Position numbers and translations under genes: made by a program | Shown here: positions 22,985 to 34,813 of the stretch, piece by piece | Position numbering within the stretch: position 1 is the first letter of the stretch | Layout: each line of letters begins with the position of its first letter | Assembly (NCBI GenBank): GCA_010093705.1 | Contig: MU006119.1 | Location: 135,002-170,195, forward strand | DNA length: 35,194 nt | Reading direction: 5' to 3' | Origin: Patellaria atrata CBS 101060 | Lineage: Eukaryota | The notes under the pieces: model-generated | Told to the model about the DNA's origin: nothing | Seen by the model: the letters and a program-made list of their open reading frames with translations, nothing else | Databases searched by the model: none

Positions 22985-25900
22985 ACCACTCGAGATAAGA
23001 ATAATCGAGAAGTATAGCTCCTAAATTCTTTAAAACCCTATAAAGTAACGATAGGACGCTTTAAGTAGATATTACTATACACGGTAAAAGAACGATAGCG
23101 CTAGTTAATAGCGGCGCCACCGATTCGTTTATCTCACCCCGATAGGTAGAAAAGAAGAGTATACTTTACACGAAACTTAAAAATCTAGTCCCGTTATAAC
23201 TAGGAAATAGTGAAGGAATAGGATATAGACGAGGTCTAATTAACTTTAGGACTATACTAGTAGAAGTTAATATATAAGGGAAGATAACTATTTAATATAT
23301 CTTTATAACTAATCTAGGAGATATAAATATAATTCTAGGGATAGATTAGTTATAAATAGTGAACCTAGATATTAATTAAAAGACGAGAAGTATCTAAATT
23401 AACTAAAATATCTCACGAAAAAATAGAGTTAAGCGAACGAGATATATTAAATAGACGGACGTTAGTATATCTATAGGACGTATTTCGTATTATAAGATAA
23501 TAAAGATTTATAGAAATAAACTTAAGAGCGTAGAAGTAGTATAGTTTAGGAAAATAGACACTAAAAAGGTTTCTAAAGAACCTAAGATACCCGAAGAGTA
23601 TAGCGAGTTTAAAGATTTATTTAAGGAAGATATAACGACTATACTTCTAGATTACTAGACGTGGGATTATAAGATAGTGCTAAAGGAGGGTGCGAAACTA
23701 CGACTCGGTTCGATTTACCCGTTAATAAGAGAATAATATAAAGCACTTAAGGAATATATCCGTATTAACTTAGAAAAGGGATATATATAACCTAATAAAA
23801 GCCCGATAGCTTCACCGATTCTATTTATACTAAAGAAGAATAGTAAGCTAAGATTATATATCGACTATAAATAGCTAAATAATACTATAGTTAAGAATAA
23901 ATATCTATTACCTTTAATCTTAGAAATCTAAGATAGGTTATAAAGAGTAAAGTGGTTTACGAAATTCGATATCCGAGACAGTTACTATCGAATTAGAATA
24001 AAAGAAGGCGAAGAATAGAAGATAGCTATAAGAATAAGGTTTAGACTATATAAATATATAATAATATCGTTCGGTTTAATTAACGCCCTAGTAACGTTCT
24101 AAGTAGTGATTAATTATATACTAAGAGAGTATTTAGATATATTTATAACTACTTACCTAAATAATATACTAGTATATATAAATAGAACACTCGAAGAGTA
24201 TAGGGAGTATATAAAGAAAGTATTAACGAAATTACGAGAAAAGAGACTCTTAGTATACCTAGATAAATATAAATTTTATACTAAAGAAACGGAATTTCTA
24301 AGCTTTATCGTTACCACTAAAGGTATATAAGTAGACCTAAAAAAGATAGTTATAATTTAAGATTAACCGACGCTAAAGAACGTAAAGGACGTATAATCGT
24401 TCCTAAATTTTATAAACTATTATAGAAAATTTATCTAGGGGTACTTAAAGATAATAATATCGCTATTAGAATTAATAAAGAAGGAAAATACCTTTATTTA
24501 GATAGAGAAGATCTAGGAAGTATTTAATAAACTTAAGAAGAAGTTTATTATAATATCTATCTTAGTTATATTTAATCTAGAGAAACTAATAGTGCTAAAG
24601 ACTAATATATCTAATTATATATTAGGTGTATATATAAGTTAGCTAGATAAGAAAGGACGACTACACCTAATAGTCTTTTATTCACGGAAATTCACGGCCG
24701 TAGAGCTAAATTACGACGTACACGATAAAGAGTTATTAGTAATCGTCGACGTATTTAAATAGTGGAGGTTATACTTTAAAGGACCTAAGTTTATTATAAA
24801 AGTTTAGTTAAATTATTAAAACCTAATAAACTTCCTTATAATAAAAAAGTTAAATCGAAGATAAGTAAGATAGGTAAAAACACTTATATCTTTTAACTTT
24901 AAGATATTCTATAGACTAAAAGTCGAAAATAGACTAGTCGATACTATAAATAGAAGATCCGACTATCTAAAAAGAATAAAACTAGTATATAACGTAGTAC
25001 TAAAGAAAGAAAACGACGCGATCACTTATAATTAGCTAAGATTAGCTATAATACTAATAATTAAATCCACGAGAGAATAATAAATTCGTGATACCTATTA
25101 GAAGGATAGTATAATAGAGGAGTTCTAAAAGGGTAATAATTCTAGGGTAATATAAATAGCTTAAGGAATATAGCTATACGACGGGCTTATATATATACTA
25201 ACGACACTATAAAAGACCCTTACTAAAGAGATCTATAAAGTACTAGCACACGGTCACTAAGGTATTAATAAAACCTTAAAAAGGATTTTAAAGAATTACT
25301 ACTTCCTAAAGGTAAGAGGTATAGTAAAGTAAGTTATTTTAAAGTATAATAACTACGTACGAAATAAGAGTGCTAAACACGTATCTTATAGATAGATATA
25401 ATATATTAAGCCACTAAAGCGAGTATAGAACTTAATAACGATAGACTTTATTATAGGTCTACTAGAATTTAAAGATCTAGCGATAAAAGTAAAGTATAAC
25501 ACGATATTAATTATCGTGGAGCGACTAATAAAGTTCACCTACTTTATATTAGTAAAGATAACGATAATAGTATTATAAGTAGTAGTATTAGTGATAAAAA
25601 TAGTGCTAATAAATTATTAAATATCGAGAGAAATTATCTTAGATAGAGATAAACTATTTAAATTAACGTTTTAGTAGACTCTAATATAGAGTCTAGAGAT
25701 AAACTATAAGCTATTAATAAGTTTTCACCTATAAATAGATAGCTAGACTAAGAGAATAAATTAATCTCTAAAGTAATACTTACGTAACTATATAAATTAC
25801 TAATAGAATAACTAGATAGAGCTACTATTAATAGCGTAATTCGTATATAATAGCGCGAAATCCGATACTACGAAGGTTTTACCCTTCTATACAAATTACG

Positions 25901-26500
25901 GTTTTAAACTAGAAGTATATCGAGAGCCGAGAACGGTTTAAAGTATTTTATAAAAAGTAATATTAAAAGTCGAGCAAATTAAGGAATTATACGTATAGTT
26001 ATTACGAGATATAGCTTTCTAAACGATAAGAGCTACGAAGTATAGTAACTAGTATAGATCGCTAAAACTAATCTTTAAAAGAGGGGATAAAGTTTACTTA
26101 TTATAGAAAAACCTTAAAATAAAACGACCTAATAAGAAACTAGATTATAAGAAAATCGGCCCCTTTAGAATTAAATAGGTTAAAGGAAAAGTTAATTATA
26201 AGTTAGAATTACTATAAGGAATAAAGATATATCTAGTTTTCTATATATTACTCCTAGAACTAGCACCTACTAATATTAAACTCTAAATACGATCTATAGA
26301 ACTTAAGGAAGAAGATATTTACGAGATAGAATAAATCTTAGACCTATAACGAGTAAATAGTTAGTATAAGTATTTAGTAAAATAGAAAGGTTACGAACAC
26401 GTAAATAATATATAGGAACTACTTAAACACTTAACGAACTATAATTAGAAACTTAAATAGTTTTATCGCTAAAACTAGGGAATTCTAGACCCTCGAGGAT
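22975..26500 (+). pseudogene. pol: pol relic of element C (PR-RT-RH-IN-chromodomain); includes the 74-aa ORF-track fragment 24106-24330
   Basis: Protease ALV(D)SGATDSF (~23098-23130). RT WFTKFDIRD.YYRIR and Y-L-(D)-(D) (24154-24165). RNase [26 protein letters not shown] (~24672-24750). Integrase HGHQG, MDFI.GLP and HPQTDGQTERTNQ. Chromodomain YLVKWKGYEHVDNTWEPLKHLTNC (~26370-26442). The 3' end is approximate. Confidence 0.93.
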
Positions 26501-26992
26501 AGAGAAATCTAAACTAGACTAACTAGAGGGAGACACGATAGCGGAGGAAGAAAGAGTGACCGAGAAAGCTCGCTACCCTTCGACTACTCGCTCTAAAGTC
26601 TTAAGTTCCTCGATAGAACTAAGCTTACGACGAATTATTTCGCTCTCCTTCTAATCGAGAAGTTAGAGCTACTATATTAATCGCTCCTCACGAGCGAAAG
26701 CCTCTAATATCCGGGCGTGTACGTTATTACGGGAAACTCGCGCCTTAGCGAGCTTACGATAAAGCTTAGATCGCGAAGCGTTTAGCTTATCCTAATCCTT
26801 TTATATCATTATAAGGTCGTATTTTAAACCACGAGCTATACACTTAGAATAGAAGCCGGAAGAGAGATCGAGATAGTAAATATAAGACTAACGGCGATAG
26901 ATTAAATAGGGAGTAAGTATTAGTCGACCGGAGGATATAATTTAGGCTATAAGACGCCGACGATAAACTACGCGAGATTTAGTTCGAGGTAT
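26423..26992 (-). pseudogene. Antisense ORF relic of element C: Zn(II)2Cys6-like cluster (26819-26908) plus coiled coil
   Basis: Second copy of 11644-12213. It keeps cga (R) where A has taa, and has tac where A keeps tgc (C), showing that the stops and Tyr codons are RIP products. Confidence 0.75.
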
Positions 26993-27090
26993 CTTAGAAG
27001 AAAGGAAAAGGAGATATATATAACTTAATAGATAGGTAATACGTCTACTTTATACCTAAGTAAAAGGAATAAACTCTTAGGATAAGAGTT

Positions 27091-27107
27091 AAGAAGAGGG
27101 AGGATAA
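27091..27107 (+). other. Polypurine tract of element C
   Basis: aagaagagggaggataa immediately 5' of the 3' LTR. Confidence 0.8.
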
Positions 27108-27717
27108 TATTACGGTTATAAGTTATAGGAATATATAGATAATAAATGAGGGGAAAGTAGGAATACCACTCGGGAGAACCACGGATAAAACTAGTAATAA
27201 GAGATCACGTAATTAGAAACTATAGACGTAATAGACGTAAAGAACGTAAGAGGGGATCTATATCCACCACGTCTAGGACGTCTAGGTTATAGACGTAGTG
27301 AATATAAAAAACGTAGAAGAAGATCTACGTCTAGAATAGCTATCACGTTTAAAAAGATATAGGTATATTAAATTAACTATAAAGGATAGAAATATTTAAG
27401 AACGGTCTTTCCCTTATATATTTAGATTCTTCGTAGTTATTTTTACTATTAATCTTATCTATAGATTTAGATATTATAGTTTTAAACTTAACTTCACTTA
27501 TTATACTATTTCTATATAGTACGTCTTATCTTATTATAAGTATTACCGGAAGTTAAGGAGTTAGTAAGTTATATCGATAACTTAAAGTGTCTTTATTATA
27601 TATATCCTATCACTTTACTAAACCTATCTTTATAGTTAACCACGTTAAGTGAGAAGTTAGGCGTGTTTCTAGACTTATCTAGTTCTATCTTAATAAGTAT
27701 AAACTTCTATTATAATA
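27108..27717 (+). repeat. 3' LTR of element C (610 bp)
   Basis: Direct repeat of 20286-20895. Confidence 0.95.
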
Positions 27718-28464
27718 CTTTTCTTTTTTTATTTATATTTATATAATCTATTATTTATTTTAATTATTTTAATTATTATATTCTATATAATTATTAATTT
27801 TTTATAATAAATTTATTTATTTTTTACTTTTTTCTTTAAATTTTAATAGAAAATAATTATTAATAATTTATTAAATTATTTTAATATTAATATTATTTAT
27901 TAAAATATAATTATATATTTTAAAGTTAATTCTTTTTATTTAAATTTTTAAAGTTTTTTTTTTATTATTTATTATTTATCGACTTTTTTAAAGATATTTT
28001 TAAATATTTCTTTAAATTTTAAAAATAATTTAAAAATCTTTATTATTTTATCTTTTTAATATTTTTTATTATTTTTAAAATAGTTTTATATAATAGATTT
28101 AAATTATTCTAAAATATTTTCTTTAAAATATATTAATATATTAAGTATATATTTATTATTATCTATTAATTTTATTCTTTTATAGTAAATTTTTATTTAA
28201 ATTAAAAATTTTTTTAATTTATTTTATTTTTTATTATATAATATAGATTCTTTAATTTTTATAATCTATTTTTATAGTAATAATAATTATATAATAAATT
28301 ATTTAAATTAATTTTTAAATTCTTAAATTATTTCTTTACTTTTAAATTTATTAATATATTTATATAATATTTAAATATATTCTTTATTTATCTTTATATT
28401 AATTATAATTAATAATATTATATTTAAATTTATTATATATTTTTTTATTATATTATAATTATAA

Positions 28465-29021
28465 TATTATAATAGAAATTTATATTTATTAAAATAAAAT
28501 TAAATAAATTTAGAAATATATTTAACTTTTTACTTAATATAATTCATTATAAAGATAAATTTAATAAAATAATAAAATATATATAATAAAAATATTTTAA
28601 ATTAATAATATAATTTATTAACTTTTTAATTTTAAATAATATTTATAATAAAATAAAATATATTATATAAAAATAATATAATAAATAAAGTTAAATTTAA
28701 AATTATAATATTTAAATTTATAGATAAAATTAATAATAAAAATAATTATAAAAAATTTAAATATATAAAAGAAAAACTATTTTTAAATATTTTTATTCTT
28801 TATAATTAATTTAATATATTTATATTTTAATTATTTTAATTATTAATTATTTATAATAATTAATATAATTAATAATTATTATTTAATTATTTTAATTATT
28901 AATTATTTATAATTATTAATATAATTCTTTATTATTTATTTTATTTATAATTTTTTTAAATAATATTTTTTTCTTTTTTTAATTTATTATTTATATATTT
29001 TTATAACTTATAATTATAATA
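28465..29021 (-). repeat. 5' LTR of element B (557 bp)
   Basis: Direct repeat of 4952-5534, 26 bp shorter in the U3 tandem repeat. Confidence 0.9.
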
Positions 29022-29026
29022 ATATA

Positions 29027-29111
29027 TATATTATTTTTCTTTAATTTTCTTTAAATTAAATATTTTAATTTATATTTTTTTCTTTATTTTATATATTATT
29101 ATTATTTTATA
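29027..29111 (+). repeat. Copia D 5' LTR, remaining 85 bp
   Basis: Matches 34724-34808 (tatattatttttctttaattttctttaaattaaatattttaatttatat...). Confidence 0.88.
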
Positions 29112-31106
29112 ATTATAAATTTAATATAATTTATATTTTATTAAAATTATTTCTTATTTAATTATTTATTAATTATTTTTAATTTATTTATTATCTTTTA
29201 TTTCTATTATATTTATTTATTTTAAAATAATTTTAAAAGAAATTACTTTTTATAATATAAATAATTAATTTCCTTAAATCTTTATAATTAAAAGTATAAT
29301 TAAATTTTATAATTTTTAAAATTTTATTAATTTAAAGAAAACTTATAAATTATTATAAAAATTAATTATATTTATTAAATATATTAAAAATAAAATATTT
29401 ATTATTAAAGAAAAACTATTTTTAAATATATTTAATTAATATAAATATTTCTTTAAATAATTTAAATATAAATAAAAGAAATTTAATTTTATTAAAATAT
29501 ATATTATTAAAATAATAAATAAAATTTTTCTATTTACTTTTAAAATTATTATATTAATTTATAAATTTCTTAAATACTTTTATAATTAATTTACTTTTAT
29601 TTAAATAAATTAAAAGAACTTTATTATATAATAATATAATAAAAAGAAACTCTTTAATTTATATTATTATAATATTAAAAATTAATATTATTACTTTATA
29701 AATATATATATTAAGATAAAAAATTTAGATTTATTAAATATTTTTAAATATTATATTTAAAAAGATTTTATAAAAACTTTTAAATATTTTAAATTTATTT
29801 AAATTACTTTTATAAAAATTAGAATTTTTAAAATTTAAAAAATCTTTATTAAAATTTATTATTAAAATATTATTATTTAAATTAATTTTAAATATATAAT
29901 TAATTATTTTATTAATAAATTTCTTTAATATTATTAAATTATATATATAAAGAAAGTTAATATTTATAAAAATATCTTTATAATTTTTAATAAAAAAGAT
30001 TCTTTATATAATAAAAAAAGAAAATTTAAAGAAAAAAAATTAATTAAATCTTATTTAATTAAAAATAAAAATAATTATAATAATATTTAAAGTAAATATT
30101 CTTATATTAACTCGAGTATTAAAGAAAAAGAATTTATTAAAAATTTTAAAAAAATTAAAAAAGTTATTAAATTTAAAATTAAAAATAAAAAAAGAATTTT
30201 TAATAAAATATAAATTAAAAATAAAGAATATAAAAAAAAATTTAAAACTATTTAATATAAAATATATAATTTAAATTTATTAAAAATTAATTTAAACTTT
30301 TATTTTTTTTATATAATAGATTTTTTATTATTTATTTATTAAATTTTAATTAAAACTTTATTTAATAATATTTATTACTTTATTTTTAAACTTTTAATTT
30401 TATTTTAAATATTTATATTTATAATAATTCTATAAAATTTTATTAGGAAATATTAATAATTAATAATAATATAATATTAATTAAAGAGTAAAAAATATAA
30501 ATATAAATATAAGAAAAAGTAATTATTTTATTTTTAACTTTTAATAAAATTAAAAAAATTACTTTTAAATATATTATTTTAATATTATTATTCTTTATTT
30601 TATTAATTTTATTATATTAATTTAATTTTATTAAAATTTATTTTAATTTTAAAAATAATACTTTTTATAAAAAAGATTTAATTAAAAAAAATTATTATTT
30701 TATTAATTTAAATTAAAAATTATTAATTTATTTTATATAAAATTAAAATATTTTTATCTTTTATAAATTTTTATAAATTATTTTAAATATTTATTTTCTT
30801 TAATTAATATTATTTCTCTATAAATTTTTATAAATTATATTAATTTATTATTATTAAAGTTTATTTTCTTATAAAATATTTTAATAAAGAAATAATTAAT
30901 TATTTTAATTCTAAAATTATTAATATTATTAAAATTATTAAAGAAATATTTATAAAACTTTATTATAAATAATATTTAATTAATAAAATTTATTATATTA
31001 TTTTAAAATAATTTAAAAAAAAAATAATATTATAAAATTATTTAAATTAATTATTATTAATATTATTAAATTAAATATAATAAAATATAATAAATATAAA
31101 TATATT

Positions 31107-31170
31107 TTTTATAATTATTATTTTATTATTAAATTTAATTTTATAATTATTATTTTATTATTAAATTTAA
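31107..31170. repeat. Perfect 32-bp tandem duplication within Copia D
   Basis: ttttataattattattttattattaaatttaa x2. Confidence 0.8.
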
Positions 31171-31792
31171 TTTTATCTTTTTAATTTTTAATTAAAAGAA
31201 AAAAATTCTTTTAAAAATATTTAAAATTTTAGATTATAAATTTAAACGAGAATTTAATATTATATATACTTTTCTCTTTATAAATAAAGAGAAAAAATAT
31301 AATTTTATAATAAAAAATTTAATAATTATTTATTATTATAAAAAAAGAATTTAAATTTAAATCTATATATTATATATATTAAAATAAAATAATTTTATAA
31401 AAAAATTTAATAAAACTTTTATTAAATATTTAAAATTAATAATAATTATTATAAAATTATTTATTTATTTTATTTTAAAAATTTATATTATAATTAATTA
31501 TCTATTTAATTAAACTTTAAATAAATTATTATAATAAAATATTTTATTTAAAAAAATATATAATAAAAAGCTTTTATTAATATATTTTTATATATTTAAA
31601 TATAAAGTATTTTCTTTAAAAAATATAATATTAAAATTTAATAAACTTTTATTTTAAATTTATATTAATTATTTAGTTAAATATAATTTAATAAATTTTT
31701 TTATATTTAAATTTTTAAAACTTTAAATAAAAATTATTAAAAGAAAATAATTTATTTTTATAATATATTTTTTAAAAAAGATTCTTTTTATA

Positions 31793-31850
31793 AAAATTAA
31801 TTTAATAATTTATTTTAAAATTAATTTAATAATTTATTTTAAAATTAATT
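31793..31850. repeat. Perfect 24-bp tandem duplication within Copia D
   Basis: aaaattaatttaataatttatttt x2 plus a partial third copy. Confidence 0.8.
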
Positions 31851-34690
31851 ATTTAAAAAGATAATTTATAATATTAAAATACTAAAATTTAAAGTTAAAA
31901 ATTCTTTTAAAAATAAAGATATTATTAATTCTATTTTATCTTTAAAATATAAAGAATAATAAAAGTTTTATTAAATAATATAAAATAAAAATTTTATAAT
32001 AATTTTTATTTATTATAATAATTATTTTACTTTTAAATTAAATAATTTATTTTAATTATTATTATTTAATATTTTAAATATAAATAATATAATTAATTTT
32101 TAAATAATTATAAAAGATATTTTATTAAAATAATTTATTTAATTTTCTTAATTATTTAATAAAAGAAAATATTTTAATATTATTATTAATAAAAATATTA
32201 TTAATATTTAATTTTATATATTAAATATTTTTTTTAAAGAATTAAAAAGAGTTAAAACTAAATTTTAAAAATAATTTTATATAATTAATTATTATTAATC
32301 TATTTTTATAATATCTTTAATTAATAATAATAAATATTATTTCTATTATTTTTAACTTTTATTTAAATTTTAATATTAATTAAATATTTAAATAGAAATA
32401 AAATTATATAAATAAAAATTTATTATAATTACTTTTTAAAAACTTTAAATTATTAAAAGAAATTTTATTTATAAAGAAATTTTATAAAAAAATTTTCATT
32501 TTATTAAATATAAAATTTTATTATTATTATAAATATTTAAGTATAAATTTAATAATAAAAATTATTTTTTTAAATATAAAGTTTAAATTTATATATAAAA
32601 AGATTTTTAAATTATTATTAAAAATATTTATATTATTATTTTAATAATTAAAATATTTTATTTTTTTATAATTATTATTATTTACTTTAATCTTAATATT
32701 AAATAATATAATATAATTAATATATTTATAAATATAAATTTTAATATAATTATTTATTATTATTTATTTAAAGAATTTAATAATAAATAATATTTTTAAA
32801 AATTATATTATATATTTTATAATTTTAAGATTTTATTAATTCTTTAATATAAAAATTTTATATAAATTCTAAATAAATTTAGTTTTAAATTAATTTTTAA
32901 TATTTCTTATTTTTAAATAAATAATAAACTTATTATCTTTTTCTATATAAATAATATTATAATTTTAGTAAAATTAAATTATTTTATTTATTTTAATTTA
33001 TTTAAAAGAAAGTTTTTTTAATACTATAAAATTTATTTATTAGAAAATTTTAAAATCTTTTATAATATAATTATATATAAAAATAAAAATAATAATTTTA
33101 TCTAATTAAATTAAAAAGATTATATTAATAAAATTTATTATAAATATTTATTTTTAAAAATATTTATAAAATTATTTTAAATATTATTATAAATAAAAAA
33201 ACTTTTTTTATTTAATAAAATTAAAAATAAAAATAATTATTTATATTATATTTAATTAATTAAATTAATTAATTATATAATTAAAATAATAAAATTAAAT
33301 ATTTTAAAAATATATTTTAAATTTATTAAATTTTTAATTAATTTTATAATAATTTATATTAATATTATATATTAAATTTTAATTTATCTTTATTATATAA
33401 AATTAAAATTATTTATTTATAATACTTTAATTATAATAAATATAGTTTTTATTTAAAATTATAAAGAATTTAATTTCTTTAATATAATTAATATTATTTA
33501 TATAAATTATTAAATAATTTAAAAAAGTTTATAAAATTATATCTTTTTTTTTTTTAAAGATTTAATTAATTAAAAGATAATACTTTAATATTATATTATA
33601 AAATTAATAATTAGAGCTAAATTTATAGCTATATTTATTATAAATATAAAATTTATTTAATAATAAAAAGTTTTTAAATTTTTAAACTTTTATTTAAATA
33701 ATAAATAACTTTTATTTTATAATAATTAATAAATAATTAAATTATTTATTATTAAAGTATTTAAATTTAAAATAACTTTTTATTATATAAATATATATTA
33801 TTATTAACTATATTAAAAAGTATAAAAAAAGAATATTAATATAATATATATTATTATAAAAATTTAATTTATTAATAATTTAATTAAAATATTATTTAAA
33901 TAATATTTTATTATTTAAATTAATTTTTTTAATTTTAAAGAATTTTTTATTTAAAATTTATAAATAATATTTTAAAAATTATAAATTTTAATAAAATATA
34001 AATATTTAATTTAAAAAATATAAAACTATTAAATTTCTTTTATAAAAATATATATAAAAAATATAAAATTATAAATTTTTTTTATAAATTATAATTTTTA
34101 TTAAATTCTTTTCTTATTAATAAATATATATTTTAAAAGTTTAAAATAAATTAATATTAAATAATTAATAAAAATATTTATATATAATATATTTAAATTT
34201 TAAAGAGATTTTTTAATTTTTAAAAAAATTTAATTTTTAAAGAATAATAAAATTTTTATATAAATTTAAATTATTTAAATTAATTATTTAAGTTTTAAAG
34301 TTATAATTATTTCTTAATATATAATAAAAAAGTATTTAAATCTATATATTATATAATTAAAAAATATTTTATACTTTATATTTTATATTTATTTATATTT
34401 AATATTTAATATTTTATATTTTTAAAAAAAAGAATAATAAATTTAATTAAAATATTTCTATTTTATAGTTAATTTATATTATTATACTTTATTTTAAAAA
34501 TATAATTTTAAATTTATATTAATACTTTTTTATTTTATTTTTCTTTTATAAAATTTTTAAAATTTTAATAAAACTAAATATATAATAAATTATATATAAT
34601 ATTAAGATAAATAATAGTTTAAAAGATAATTAACTATTTTATTTTATATATAATAATTAACTTTAAAATTTTTTAAAATTAAGAAAAATA

Positions 34691-34808
34691 TATTATAATT
34701 AATTAAATATTTAATTAAATATATATATTATTTTTCTTTAATTTTCTTTAAATTAAATATTTTAATTTATATTTTTTTCTTTATTTTATATATTATTACT
34801 ATTTTATA
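34691..34808 (+). repeat. 3' LTR of Copia D (118 bp)
   Basis: Uninterrupted version of 4919-4951 + 29027-29111, preceded by a purine tract. Confidence 0.88.
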
Positions 34809-34813
34809 TTAAA

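Larger units (their letters stand above)
20286..27717 (+). mobile_element. Element C: full-length 7432-bp chromodomain-type Ty3/Gypsy retrotransposon, RIP-inactivated, same subfamily as A
   Basis: 610-bp LTRs at 20286-20895 and 27108-27717. TSD CTTTT at 20281-20285 and 27718-27722. It is inserted in the gag of B in the opposite orientation. Confidence 0.97.
4952..29021 (-). mobile_element. Element B: heavily RIP-mutated chromodomain-type Ty3/Gypsy element (~7.33 kb net), host of F, A and C
   Basis: LTRs at 4952-5534 (3') and 28465-29021 (5'). TSD ATATA at 4947-4951 and 29022-29026. Internal segments 5535-6440, 8303-10918, 18351-20285 and 27718-28464 are colinear with element A and differ mostly by C>T/G>A. 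Confidence 0.93.
29170..33960 (+). pseudogene. pol: Copia gag-pol polyprotein relic; RT and RNase H readable, gag/PR/IN only presumed; boundaries approximate
   Basis: De-RIP reading gives KFDDEGYLLKYKARICVRGDLQ (~32545-32610), QYDAVNAFVNA (~32704) and ALYGLK.SPILWY (~32812-32850). It continues with FFYVDDIV (YVDD 32944-32955), LSQKDYIDKI (~33106), LRHVDIHHHWLRQEVQ (~33778-33825) and ADGLTKAL (~33872-33895). RT-RH at the 3' end is Copia order. Confidence 0.8.
4919..34808 (+). mobile_element. Element D: RIP-mutated Ty1/Copia LTR retrotransposon (~5.8 kb net), with its 5' LTR split by element B
   Basis: 5' LTR = 4919-4951 + 29027-29111 (118 bp), matching the intact 3' LTR 34691-34808 (118 bp). 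TSD ctaaa (4914-4918) / ttaaa (34809-34813). PBS-like attataaattt (RIP form of GTTATGAGCCC) at 29112. Purine tract ttaagaaaaata just before the 3' LTR. Copia RT/RNase H motifs lie inside. Confidence 0.88.

Noticed and set aside
24106..24330. 74-aa ORF from the ORF track as a stand-alone gene
   Set aside because: It is a stop-free fragment of the RT domain of element C (TYLNNILVY = RIP form of AYLDDILVY), in the pol frame and bounded by RIP-generated stops.
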